A DNA stretch of 53,049 nt, the filler included, from Dirinaria sp. TL-2023a (lineage: Eukaryota): assembly GCA_051941275.1 (NCBI GenBank). It is 2 parts of 2 records of this genome, joined end to end, with 100 filler letters (N's around TTAATTAATTAA, not from the genome) between each part and the next. Parts side by side here need not be neighbours in the genome. Positions count along the whole stretch, not along the records: positions 26,587 to 53,049 come from JAVEBF010000162.1; 1 more part is not named here. One strand, 5' to 3'. How positions within the stretch are numbered: position 1 is the stretch's first letter; every line of letters begins with the position of its first letter. The position numbers and the translations under genes were made by a program. Below are positions 36,329-49,261 of this stretch, one piece after another. The notes under the pieces were generated by a model, which had not been told where the DNA came from, made no database searches, and worked only from the letters and a program-made list of their open reading frames with translations.

Positions 36329-37880
36329 TGTCACAAATTACGAGTCGAAGTAGGGACGATCACCTAATCTACAAGAGTACTAGAAGTAACCAAAGAACGC
36401 AATATACTTAAGGAAGTATATTGTATTGAGGAGGGAAAAACCGGTGGGAGCATTCAGATGGCAGTTGAGGTGAGAGCCCAATTGAGGTTTCAGATGAGAG
36501 TGCAAAACCGGTTTGTGCATCATCCTATGTGAATGTCAATATCAATTTCGCTAGGAGTGCGGGGCCGGCATTAGCATTGAAGATATCAAAGAGGGAACAA
36601 ATCACGACATTCACATGCGAAGAGATGTATCAGAGGACGGTTTTTGGTTCCAGATCAAGCTTTCTACATGATCTTCTTGCTTCCAGATCATCGATGGAGA
36701 ATTTCTGTACTCTTTCTCATCAGTAATATTTGATGAACTCAGGATCCAGTGAGAGATGAAATGGAATTGCAAAGATCTATTCTGAGTCCATGTGGGCAGA
36801 GCACCTCTTGATATCCAGCACCAGGTTGTAGGTCTTGTTGTACTGCTTTTAATGGCCTTGACCTCAAGAGACTTAGTATCCAGCTCATTACTCAATACAC
36901 GCATACTCTTGGACTGTAAATCAGACAACCCAATTCTTGCTTGGAAGCAGCTGCAATTTCTTCCCGTCGCTGCCTATGTATCTAGCCTGTGAGATATAAA
37001 GCATACCGACCCTTTAATGACCGGAACCAGTGCAGGGCATCTCCATTTAAGGAGCAACAAGATGGCCCACTAGTACTCCTGCCTTCAGTCACCTATTAAG
37101 TCCAGGACCCTCAGCCAAGAGCTAAGGGTACCTAAGCACGTGCAATGGGGTAGACGAAGGATTCGCTCTCTCGCTCAAGCAGGAGCTGGGGGGGACCGTT
37201 CTGTGCTATGATTGCTCTTGCTTTCTTCAATAGTTCTAGAACCATAGAAATTGTGCCACCTGCTGATGTGAAAAGGGGTCGAGGACATCTTTGGTATGCT
37301 CTTCCAACTATATGGATCAATCAAAATGATCTATCATGTAGTCAGACTCATCCCACGAAGTATTGAGTATTTCGTCTCCAATCATGACAGAAGACTAAAC
37401 GCTGGCTAGGTAACGTTCCAATCTCCAAATTCCGGTTCTTGTAGGCAGCTACTTTAGCTACTTTAGCTAATTTGCTAAGCCCCTTTTTTGTTCTTCTCCT
37501 TTTGTCTATCTGTTAGGCCTAGGGTTTCGTTTCACTGATTGCTATTGTTGTTGACCTGGCAGAGGTGGGCGTAGGAAGGAAGCCAAGACCGACTTCTTCG
37601 GGGGTAGCTAATATCGTAGTGGCAGGTGGGAGGTATGTAGATTCTTCTTCCGCGAAGGTAGGTCTAGATTCTTCTATTCCTTTACCTCTTTCTTGTATGG
37701 ACACAGATACCTCTGGCGCCGGCGTGGCCAAAAACCAATATACATGACTTTCCCCAATGCTCGTCCCACGAGGTATCGAGCGCATTTAGGCGGTGACTGG
37801 GAGCGAAATCCTCAAATAAGAAAGTATCAAGTTTGACTTTCACTGGATTGGAAGTTTTTCATGTTCCCTGAGATATAATC

Positions 37881-39483
37881 CTAACCGAGATTTCTGATGT
37901 CCAACAGTCTTGGGTCGATGTATTCGTGGGCCCCGTTCATCAAATCGGAAGACTTTCCGGGATTATGGTCGTTGGATAAAGCAGCGTTGGCGTCTATGTT
38001 GTGATCGTTCATGAGACTTAGTGGATCAAGGCTAGCGTTGTCCATAGACATACCATCACTGACTGGTCCGATGTTAAAAACTTGGAGGCTGCCGTCCACG
38101 TCCATATTGAGATCCTGCGACGAGTTTTGTGGACCAGGGCTGCCGTTCGCCGTGACCATACCATCATTGATTGGTCCCGGGGTCAAATCCTGTAGCCCAG
38201 TGTTGATGTCCATGTAAGGATGATTGGAGTATTGCAGTACACGGAAATTATCACTGGGCGTTACCATCGAATTGATGATTGGTCCAGCGCTGAAGCCTTG
38301 CACTTCAGTGATACCATCCATGGCGGTATTATCGAGGAAGCTCGGTGAGTTGATATCCCCATTGGCTGCGTCCAGCCGGTTGGAGACTAGCGTCGGATCG
38401 AAGCATTGTGGACCAGCGTCGACGTTTGGGAGGGCGCCGTTCATGTAATATCCTGTGACAGGACCTGCACTGACCGTTGCCATGAAATCTGAGGCTGGTC
38501 CGGGATTGAAGCCTTGTAGACCATGGCTGAGGTTTTGGTAGACTCGGCTCGGGTAGTATTGAGGACCATGAGCATGCGAAAGCCCAGCGCCGATATTCAT
38601 GTTGTTACCATGATAGCTTGCCATGCTCGGTCCAGCAACGAGAAGCAAGCCGTTACCATAGAAGGCCCCCACGTGTCCAAAGCTTGGCCGAGACGTGTTC
38701 ACAGGTTGCGCAGAATGTGCCTGTTCCTGGCCTCCTGTGCCTGCCATAACATTCTGACGGGATGTGCGAAGCGGAAGCGCGTCTCTTGCCTGGCAGTTCT
38801 CGTCCCTAATTCCATCGCAGCGCTGTTCATTGGCCTCGAAGAGACGCTCCCTATCACCCAACGGCTGGAAAATGAAGTCCTTGAGGCGTGACAGCGGATG
38901 CCTCTCACAAAGAAGCGTCAATTTTCGAAGCGTTTCATAGTGCAAAGTGCGAACGACTTCTTCGACGGAAGGATATGCTGGGACGCTCGTCACATAGTCT
39001 CTCAGATTTTTGCCAGGTTCCAGATATGTCACGCTTGCCTTGTATACGTGACCAGAATTTGGGTCGTTTTCCGCCCTCCTATATTTCTGGGCGGTGATAA
39101 TGATTGTCGCCTCGGGTATTACAAGAAAACTCATGACATTTCCTGTACAAAGATGAGCGGTGAGCCGCAGATACTTACGAATATTACGTACCGCAAATTT
39201 TTCCACAACGCTGGTCATCCATACTCCCGATAAAACGCTCGTCGGAAGTTGGGTGTGCGCCTTTTATGGGGACCATCTTGCATTTCCCTTGTGGGTGGGG
39301 CTTGTTGTAGATTGTTTTTCGAAACTCAGCGGTGATGAGTTGGCTATTATCATCATACATCTTTTTGCAAAGATAAAATCGCTCTTTGGTGCTAACGGGC
39401 ATCTGGTCGCGATCGGGCTGACCTTGGGGAGTCGGAAGGCGACCGGCGGTTTGATTTGGAAAAGCCATCATGGAATAAAACAC
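37881..39483 (-). CDS. Orphan protein (about 510 aa, 2 exons) with five 36-aa tandem repeats and a C-terminal IDPRLL motif
   Basis: ORF 39184-39483 joins ORF 37881-39218 in frame through intron 39143-39191 (GTACGT...GTACAG). Start codon uncertain (MFYSMMAF). Confidence 0.75.
38001..38540 (-). repeat. Five diverged 108-bp / 36-aa coding tandem repeats
   Basis: YQNLSHGLQGFNPGP.. / LPNVDAGPQCFDPTL.. / AMDGITEVQGFSAGP.. / YMDINTGLQDLTPGP.. / NMDVDGSLQVFNIGP.. align without gaps; Gln invariant at position 9. Confidence 0.85.
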
Positions 39484-40826
39484 GACGCGATAGGTTAGCG
39501 CGGTAGGTTAGAGCTACTCTCCAAATCGCTGGTTCAGCGAGGAATGCGCAAGATGAAACGAAAAGAAGCCCGGAAGAGACTCTTATAAGCGGACAATTCA
39601 CAGCTTCAGATGCCGTGAATTCTATTCAATTGCAGCGTAAATCTTTATAGGGAGTTCTATGCAAGCAATGCTAATGGGCCGATACTGATGCAGGGATGCA
39701 AATGAGAAGCAATGCAAGTTAGTAGCAATGTCAATGAATAGTGCCAATAAATAGCAATGTCAGTGGGCTAGTGCGATCGCGTAGATGTAAATTAGAAGAG
39801 CTTATAGAAAAATGATGGAAATTTGGGAGCAAAAAGAGGGTTTAAATGAAAGGAAGTTGCGAGCCAGACCTTGGCTGTGGCGTCCATGCTCCCAAGCATC
39901 GAATGGTCATGTGTTGCTGTGGGCCCAACGACACCACGGTATACCGGATTATCGTTGACTCCCAGAATAAACCAGAAACCTTGCCGCTCTCTTGCACTGA
40001 AATACTAAGTCGTTGAGACCTGAAAAATTCCTTCATCGGTGCAAGTTCCTAAGCCAGACAAACCTAAAAAGTTCACGCTGGGAACCATATTCGGGCATAC
40101 CCAAGGTGCAGAGCGATTTTCAGTCCCGGAAAAAGGGGCGCACTAGCAAATTGATCACTGACTCAATGCGTGGCGAACCACGCCCAACAGCCAAAGCCGC
40201 ATGGACATCTGACAGAATCCCCCATCTGAAATCCGCACGGCCGATTTGAAGAGCTACAGTCCCCTCGAATCCTCCTTGTATAGAATCAGCAGTCAATAGT
40301 CATTTGAGTATGCCATACACCAAATGATTGACAATGATACTACCCAACAACGGGGCTCAATTGGAAAATGTCGCCGTTCAGGAGTTTCGGTAAGGCAAAA
40401 ACTCTACAGACCTCAAAGTCTAGCCCCGTAACACATTTCGTCCATCGAGATCACGTGCCATTGGGCTCTTTTATGCTAGCGCGGAAAATTTTGCACTAGT
40501 CACCTTTCAACGAAATCTTCGGGCTTGGACTTTGGTTGGGTCACCTTCCGGAACGGTGGATAGGCAGCGCCGGCTCTGACTCTGTAAGACGCTCAAGGAA
40601 GTTGGGCCTCCCTTCGCAACGACAAAATTCACGTAGTAAGCCCAAGCAAGGAATTGGAGAAGACATGAAATTTCCGTGGTTTGATGCTAAGAAGATTAGG
40701 AGCGTAAAAGAAAATTGAGCTGAGGGCATGAAGGTAGGTATATAAGCAATAGAGGGATTTTCGCCCGTAGAGCTGCCTTACCGACAAAATCATATTAGTT
40801 CGATATCCCGTTTCATTTTGCCGATG

Positions 40827-41919
40827 TCATGAATCAGTCACAGCCTCCGCGGTGTTTCCATCCCGCGCACTCTTTAACACTCTGATTTCCCCAAACTTTT
40901 TCCCGTCCCACACCAGCTCCAGATAGACGTCTCCAAATGACTTGTTCGCTATCATGATTTTGTCATACATCAGCTTCAATGCCCTTGCCGCGTCCCCATA
41001 AGTCAGCTGGCGAACTGCGCCTTGATTATATTCCTCCACGATGGTGGCGACCTGATCACGATCGCTTAGCATCTCTAATTGCGCGCATGGCCTTCCAAAG
41101 TTGTACACAGCAATTGTTGCAAGGGCATCGAGTACTGCGAGGGAGATTTCTTTGCTATTGATGCGGGTCCCAAGGTAAGTGTATTTGAGTACAAAGCGTT
41201 TATTATCTGGGTCGGTGACCTGGCCGGTCTCAAAAGAGCCGGTATTGTTGCTCGCATCGCTTCGCACCAAGTTATACGTAGCTTGCGAGCCAATGGCTCT
41301 AGTAGATCTTCCATGTGTAGCCGTGTGATTGTTGTTATTGTTGTCAGGGGCCTCGGACGTCGTGATGCTCATGGCGCCTACCTCGTTATAAGATCCACGA
41401 TTGTGTATCCTGATCTTTGAACGCAGTTGGCAGAAACAGACTCCATCTGTCATAGTGACTATCGCTTCGTACAAGGCGACAACGCAATGGCCGACAAGCA
41501 GCTGCAACATGGGAATAGGTTGTCGCGGCTGGACAAAGATGATCAGGACGTCAAAAGCGTCCAGGGAAGTGACAGCCATTCCTGCGACAGGGGTTTTCCA
41601 ACCCTTCCCTACAAGCTCCCACATCATCTGGATTGCAACTGTATACGTTGCAACTGGAGACATTCGAACCGTGGGATGGAATTCGTAAGTAACTTCGAGG
41701 CCAGGGAAACCAGGAGCCGACAATGTTGAGTTCGGCAAGCTTGATGAATTACTGCGACCTGTCAACGATATCCAATTTAGCCAAGGCTTCCTTGCAGGCA
41801 TACTTGACGGTGATAACATGACTGGGCGGTGTTTGAGCACCGCCCGCCCGCAGCACAGGGAGAAGGAGAAAGATCACAAGTGTTAAGGAAGCCGTAGAGA
41901 TTTTGAAGACTCTCATCAT
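40827..41919 (-). CDS. Secreted orphan protein with an apparent internal two-domain duplication (2 exons)
   Basis: Signal MMRVFKISTASLTLVIFLLLPVLRAGGA joins the 337-aa ORF in frame through intron 41752-41803 (GTATGC...TTGAC...TCGCAG), giving ...VITVNNSSSLPNSTL.... Confidence 0.72.
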
Positions 41920-42812
41920 AGTTCTCCATGAGGTAGCAGCTAAAGTTCCAGACATCGTTTTCAAAAAAGGAAAACGCGTCATGCCTTACCCTTGGCGCAT
42001 GTCGCATCCACGTCCCACGATCACCAGCAATCGATGGTCTTCCCGTGAAGCCGTTCGCGACTCATGCGAAGACCGAAGAAGCGCTTAGCATAGCCAGGCG
42101 CTTTTCCGAGGCGAGTCCATAATAATCCTCAAGTCAGGTCTAATTACCTAACCATCGCGGCTTTTGGGTTCGATTTTCTAACGTAACGATTACCACCATA
42201 TCCACAAGTACTAAAGTTTAAGTCTGAATTTATCAACCCCCACAACCACTGTAAAATGCTTTCGAGGCCTAAAATCAAGTGATTGAGTGTGTCTCAAGTC
42301 AATGATGGGAACTCAATGGCAGCGCAATCCAACAGAGGGATGCTCTATGGCAATGACGTAAATCTTGGAAGGCAATAATGCTCACCCTATCGAAGATAAG
42401 ATGCTGTACGAGGAGGAGACGCGTAGGAAGAGCATAATGACAAGATTAGCGAATGCTTGTAGAATGATCGGCTGAGTCCTAAGACAAATAAGTCGTTACT
42501 AAGGGGAAAAGGACTAGAAGTTTAGACCTACGAGATATGGGAGGTAGACCCTCACTTGATTTTTATCTCCTCGTAAAGCTCGTCTGTGCTTTGCTCGAAA
42601 ATTCACCCATTGTTGATGATCTGCCCCCCTTTTACTGTCCTGGGTACTGTTCAGAGAGTCTTCAGTGAGTCACAAGATCTAATTACTTCACTGATATGAT
42701 GAAAATGCAGGGATGTACATTTTCGTAACGAATTCGAAGGTCCGACGAAATGTGGTTTCTGTTTAATGTAACCCCTCCTTGCTTACTAGGACCGCTCTTC
42801 GCTTGAACAATG

Positions 42813-43815
42813 TCACCGGCTCGGACTGAGCGGCCTATTGAATCCCCCAACCCGATTCATGTACTGCCTGTACTCCATTTTCTTCTCCTTCCTGACTCCG
42901 TAAATGTTATTTCCCGGGACTTTCGTCTGTTTCGTGCTCCTGAAACCAACGAAGCCCATAGTCTGACGCAGCAATGCCACTTCGGGATCTTCGTCCACCT
43001 CCATCTTCTCTGCTACTGGGTTGGCCGTCAATGGTTTGCCACCAGGCGCTTTGGATGGGGGAACGGAAGGGCCGGCTGTCGGTTGCGCTGTCCCGTTCTG
43101 ATCTGAGGGAGCCTTGGATGGTTTCGTTGGGGGTGGGATGCCTTTTTGAGAGCGTGGTCCGGCAGGCGGAGCCGGCTTCGGATTGGGATTACTGGGGGGA
43201 GACTTCGGCTTGGAGGGTTTAGAGAGTGGAGAGCGGGGAGGCGAGCGCCGCCGAACTGTGGAGTTGCGGTCCCGGTTCGGCGACCGTGAGCGGCTTCGAG
43301 GGCGCTCCAGGCGTCGATGCGGCGGATCATCTGAAATTGATGGTTAGAGCAAGCTTACGCAAAGAACAAGCCAAGATAGAAGGAATACCTCGGCGTGAGC
43401 GATGCTTTTCTCTGCTTCTAGGCCGCTCGCGGTCGCGTCGATCTCTGTCATCGCGTCGGCCATCATCCTGGAAACGCCCACCATTTCTGCTCCTTTCGCG
43501 GCGCCCCGCTCGATGTCCATCTTTCCGTCGGTCTCCATTTTCCTCTCTCGACCTGCTCCGCTCTCTGCGTCGTTGCCTGTCTCGTGAGCGCGATCTGTGA
43601 GACCGATCCTCTCCTCGATTATGATGTTTGTTTCGGTCACCATCTCTAACATCTCGCTTTGATGTTCCACCATCCCTTCGGTCCCGATTATTCTCGCTGT
43701 CATGTAGACCGCGACTTGGCCTATAGTCGTCGTCATCACGAGGACGAGAAGAATTGCGATCCCACATTGCAGAGCTGTCGGTGCGTTTTGCGCGTTTAGC
43801 GGGGGGTTCAGCCAT
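42813..43815 (-). CDS. SNRNP27: U4/U6.U5 tri-snRNP 27 kDa protein (DUF1777), RS-rich
   Basis: RD/RS-rich N-terminus and C-terminal 'MGFVGFRSTKQTKVPGNNIYGVRKEKKMEYRQYMNRVGGFNRPLSP'. Intron ~43331-43388. Confidence 0.93.
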
Positions 43816-44673
43816 GATGGATGCTGAGTTGTTTGACTGGTCTCAGAAGCTTAATGGTGCCAGCAGGCTCTTCAGATAATCAGCTCTTGCCTGTCTCATA
43901 ACACAATTCGAAGACTCGTAGAGCCAACTTAAAAGGATGCCTTCTTGAAAGGAAGCCTTGTTGAGATGCGAATGGAATTTCAGGCTCCATGTCCTATGAG
44001 TGCAATAACCAGTGCCAAGTTGAATGCTCGGAAGAAGCTCGGAAGTCAGAGTTTGGCGGACAGACTCCCTAGTTAGAGGACCACTTAACCATTTCAAGAT
44101 TTCACACTCTACATTTGTCGGTTCACTATGTGAGTTGGCTTTGGGTCGCCCGATAAAGTCGCGTCATCAAGAAATTGGATTATTGAACATAAAAAAATTC
44201 ATGCTAACTGTTTAAGGGTTTTCTCACATCTTTTGTCGGAGCAGGTACATGTAACAAACATGGGGTCCGGGTTATTGTCGGATAACTCACACATTTGTCC
44301 GGGTGCTTTAAGTCAGCACATTCTTATCAAACAAACCCACCTATGAATAATACATGAATTTGGGTCCATTCCATCCCTAAAGGTACGAATACCTGCCTAC
44401 TACTGCATATTGGCAATTGCGCAATTGGGTGAAGAAATTTCACGTCCTCAGTGGAGAACTCTGTTTATCTCGATTACGATTCAACAGCTAGCTATTAGAC
44501 GAGGGACAGGCCTAGAGGGGGGCCTTGACTCTCCCCAAAACTAAGGCCGTTCAATCTGTGGACTTGTTTCGATCCACCAACGGCCTGTACAAGGGTATTG
44601 CTGGTGTTCGCTATTTGTTCGACCTTTGAAATGAATGGAGTAATGTCTACTACCGACTTCACATTGCTGTGGC

Positions 44674-47017
44674 TCAGACCCAGCCAGGCGGCCGAAAGAT
44701 GACCTGGGGCTTTGACCCAGTGAAAGGGTTATTGGAAGCCAGCATCCTCGGGTCATGCTGGACGACTACGGGTATTGCCGGGAGCTGTTTCTGCCGTGTG
44801 AGCTCCTGACCCTCGTCTGAATTAAACTTCGTCTTCGGCGAGACTGGAGTACTATTCTTCGGTGGGTTCCAATTCTGAGGACGCCAACTCGGTGCGGGTT
44901 TTTGCCTGGTGGGTAAGCCGGATGGTTTGGAAGAAGTTGGCGAAGAAGACTTAGGCATGGCTTCAGTTTCAGCCGCAACTTGAGTGCTGATCCTTACTTG
45001 CGGCCTATTCGGTGGCTGAGGCGAAAATGCTGGCGAGGGTCTTTTGACTGGAAGAATTGAAAAATTAGGGTGTGCCTTTGGATTTTGCCTTGATAAACCT
45101 CGCTTCTCAGGGTCTGCGGTTGTTGGGAAGGAATGATCCATCATTCCTGGAACACCCTGTAGATTACTCGACGTATACAGCGGAGGCATGTCCGCTTGTG
45201 AGGTGGAAATTGCTTGTCGAGGATAATGCTCTCCTGGGAGCGGCATCAAAACATGAGCTTTGACAGACTCGTGAGCCTTGCCGTGATTTTGAGCTGGCAA
45301 AATGGAGAAATCTCTGCGACTTTTGTCCGAGGCACTGGCTCTGAGCATGGCGTCCGGTGGTGCAATATTTCGATCCTGGTCTCCTTCCGTCTGGAAGGGT
45401 GGCGGTAAGCCGATGATAGACGGAGGGGAGGCCTCAATCGGATCCAATGCATGATTCATGTAGCTCAGTCGCAGGCCAATCTGGACAGTTTCGCCGCTTT
45501 GCGAGGAGATATTACGGTCGTGCTTCGTAGCAAAAAGGGGTGCTGGGGGAAGAGGTAGGCTAGTATGATCATCGACATCCGAAAACGTGGTGCTGGTAGA
45601 CATGTGAGCTATCGCGGCATGCTGCGGGTCTGGAAAGACCCTATAGCTGGCACTGTTCTGCGTGACTCGTCGAGTTTGTGATGTCTTCAATGGGGTGGCA
45701 AGTGAAGGACCTGGCTTGACTTCCGGAGAAGGAAACACAATATGGTGGAGGGGGCCACTTGCGCTGTAGGCATCATAATTAGAGTCAGTCGGCGAGACTT
45801 GAGTGGCCTTCTCAGAATTGATGCTTGACTTGTGGTCTTCATCGTCGGACTGCCAGAGGACTGGATAGCTGATGTGTTGCCGTATGTTTAAGTCGCTCGG
45901 GCCGAAGACCCGCATTGTGCGCTTGTCTGTCCAGGGAGTCTCAATGGAGCGAATAGCAAGTCTATCTGCGTTCGATCGTAGGACGACATGCATGATCAAA
46001 TTGATGATGCCTGTAACATTGAGAGCAACTTCGGCTATCTGAGCAGTTCTCATTGCCGATGTGCCGGTCAGGATCTGAACATAATAAGGTATGACAAGCG
46101 CCTAAGTCTTATTAGCACTGGCACAATATCTCATTTGCGACAAACTTACAACAAGCCAAGTATTCACGATCAAGTAGTACACCACACGCGTGGCTGCTAT
46201 ACGCTCAGCTTTGTCAACTTTGACCGTCTTCACTAGCTGAATGGTGATAATAAGAGCACTGGCAGGGTATAAAGCAAGCAGGCCCGAAGACAAAACTACC
46301 GCGAGCTTTGCGTACCGTGCCGTCCACCAGATCAAACCTGTCAAGCATTTACCCCGAGTGGGAAATACGTTAGTGGCCGCCCAAGCGGCGATGATCATAA
46401 TAGCGATTACTACAAGTGCAGTTGGGATGTGCCATCTGTTGCGGCTGGGGAAGCGTACTCGTCGGAGTGCTCGGAAAGCAGTTTCTAGCCCGAAAACGAG
46501 CATAGTTGCAAAAGCAAGCCAAATCGCTGGCAGTTGTGAGCTTTGAGCTTGAACAAGAGTATAGCAGTGTAGGCCTAGCATACCTGGGAACACTAATTGC
46601 ACTATCTTTCCGCAACCCTGGTGGAAGAGAATGGGCTGTGCATGAAGCGACTGGATAGGGATGAATATTAAACCCTGCAGCACAACAGAACCAGAGATAA
46701 CTAGAGGAAAGATCTCTGCAGAATGTATTTTTAAGAGCCAGCCAAAGTATTTCCTGACCGCAAGTCAGCAGACGATCGAGTTGCCTGCGGCTGAGCAATG
46801 CGTACTGTCGCCTGGTCTCAAAATCCCAACGACGCACCGTCCAAGCATCGTAAAGAATGTTACTGATCATAGAGAGAGCTGCAGCTAAATTGATTCCTGC
46901 TAGAGCAATGATCGCAATCCTAAACTGAGGTCCACCTTCAAGAGTCGATGCATCGTTAAGTTGTTGAGCCAGGAAAACGCGATGGGACGAGTAACCGTCG
47001 CCGAATGTCTGGTTCAT
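44674..47017 (-). CDS. Fungal multi-pass (about 7 TM) membrane protein with a long Pro/Ser-rich disordered C-tail, about 4 exons
   Basis: Successive hydrophobic segments in ORFs 46370-47017, 46102-46683 and 44674-46053 separated by GT-AG introns (~46753-46805, ~46535-46584, ~46080-46149). Exon limits approximate. Confidence 0.75.
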
Positions 47018-49261
47018 GATCGCTGCTAAATACCAATACGGAATTACAGAGCTGTATGCTTTGTAAATATAAGGCGTTGACGGCGGCCAGCGACGACTGC
47101 AGAAAAGAAGGGCGTCAAGCCGACAATGGTCGTCATTTGGAGAGCCAGCTCAGTACAAAGACGCAACTGAACCAGCCAGGTGAGAATGGAGAGAGGAGAG
47201 ACGGATGGAGGTCTTCCTAGAAGCTTCTGGGAGCGTCTTGCATATGAGATCTAGGACTATATTATGCATAATCATGTGGGCTTCAGCGGCTGCTTGAAGA
47301 ACTCTGGGCTGGAACGGAGCGCATTAACCCAATAGCAAGACCGAGAACGTTTAAGCATATGCAGACAAGTTGTGATAAGTGAAAGAGGCGGCCCGTACCC
47401 ACATCGAATCCTCCGAGTTTCAGAGGCACACGCAGCCACCACACCCCCACACGTCGCGTGTGAGAGTCTTCTCAATGACGTTATCCAGACCTGGTCATCA
47501 AGTGCAGCGTCTTTTGATGACTCTTGTCATGGACCCATCAAAGCAAGCTATAGACGCTTCGTCTTGGGTTCCCAAAAGGGTTTCTCCTCGCTTGAAGCTA
47601 TACATGTCATCTGCGTGAGGGTTCGGAGCTAGGAAACGGTAGCGACACGATCGAGCGAATAAAAGAAACGCACATCCGCGTCCCGCTGAGAGCTATATGC
47701 TACCAGGGTTATAGCAAGCGGTATATAGAAATCGCATTGAGCGTCAGTGTCAAGCATGAATGATGGAATCGCGAAGGCGTCGCAGGAAAGATTTCCGAAA
47801 CAGGCATTGACGCGGAAATGTGACGTGCCAAGCCGTAAGAGGTTTAGGCGGTTTCCGCTAGAATTTGTGTTTACATGATTTGAGATTTGTATCTTAGGTA
47901 CAGAGTAATTTTCTTCATATGAGGTTTCCAGGGTTGACTGTCCTAATTCAGACTGCTTCAGGCGATAGGCGTCACTGTGTCAATAGCAGCAATGGCTTGT
48001 CTGGCATGATGTCACCAACCTGCAAAACAATTACTCTCGACGTGGCGGACATGCAAACTTAGCCATTCCTTTCAATCACAATGTGTCCGCGGTCTCCTTG
48101 TATCTGCAGTGAGTTCTGTCCGTAGGCAGATTGCAAGACGATCCTATTTTGTACAACAGCTTCTATGGTCTCCAAGCAAGACCACATGATCTGTCGTCAT
48201 GAGCTTAGATTCACCATGGAACCAAAAACAACAGCGGAGAATTTTAAATGGACAACAAAATTAGATCCGTCTTCAGTTGATATACTGATCGACGTATTAG
48301 ATGCCATTGTCAAAGGTCTCCATCATAATTTTCACTGGCATTGCCATAACGATCATATGGCACGTCGGCGCATTCGTAGTGACTCTGACGCATCCAACCT
48401 CCCGAAGCGAAGAATTGTGTACCTCGAAATTGACCGTATCTAGGTATATAAAGGTTTTCGAGTGATGTTTTTTGAAATAGTAGATGAAGCAGTAAGTCAA
48501 CACCATGTGTTTATTGAAGCTCTATGCTACTACCTAAGCAAGAGCATCCATTCATAGTGAAGAGAAAGCTATTTGTGTGCGGTCAGCAGGACGCTGTGTC
48601 TAAGAAGGCTAGCCTGGTGCAAATCCTACAAACATCTTTCCGAAGGTCACATGCCTCCCACGATCCATGTACCTGTGCCTGGTGTTGGCCATTTAATGCA
48701 CGAACAATCTTATATCAAAACGGCGCACTGGTGTCAAGCTCAGCACAACATGTCTCTGTGCCTGCTCTTTTAGAATTCTGATCGTGGTGCACATAACACA
48801 ACGTGGCGCAAATTTTGGCGAACCGTCCTACCACATCCTCGAGCGATTGCACACTTTGTAGGATCACCAGCAGTCTGCTTGCAAGAGCATGAGGCGGCTT
48901 ACATCACGTTTTATATGCTTTTAATATAGCGAGCGACCGGCAACGAGCATCAGTTTTGATAACACAATCGGCTATGTCAATTGTCCTGTATGGTTTTTCG
49001 GACTACTCCGAGTCCATAGCGCCGGTCGGATCAGAGCGCCCGGGATCCCCGATATAAAAAGATGGAGTCTTTTTCACCCACAGGTGATGAGAAGCTTATC
49101 AACATATAACGGTGGCTGCCTTGTCTATTCAGCGTGTCGTTGCGCAATTTTTGGAAAATTATCAGCTGCTTTTCTTGTGACCGACTCCACGCGCAGCCTT
49201 ACCTATTGTTCTGTGGTTGCACTTTTGTGGAATTCAACAAGTAGGCACATCACGAAACAAT

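Noticed and set aside
41835..41855. Apparent frameshift at GCGGGCGGGCGG between signal peptide and main ORF
   Set aside because: Intron 41752-41803 restores the frame without invoking a mutation.
48165..48781. Protein-like short ORFs (MEPKTTAENFKW...) continuing through stops
   Set aside because: May be a relic, but no family recognised and no splice support.
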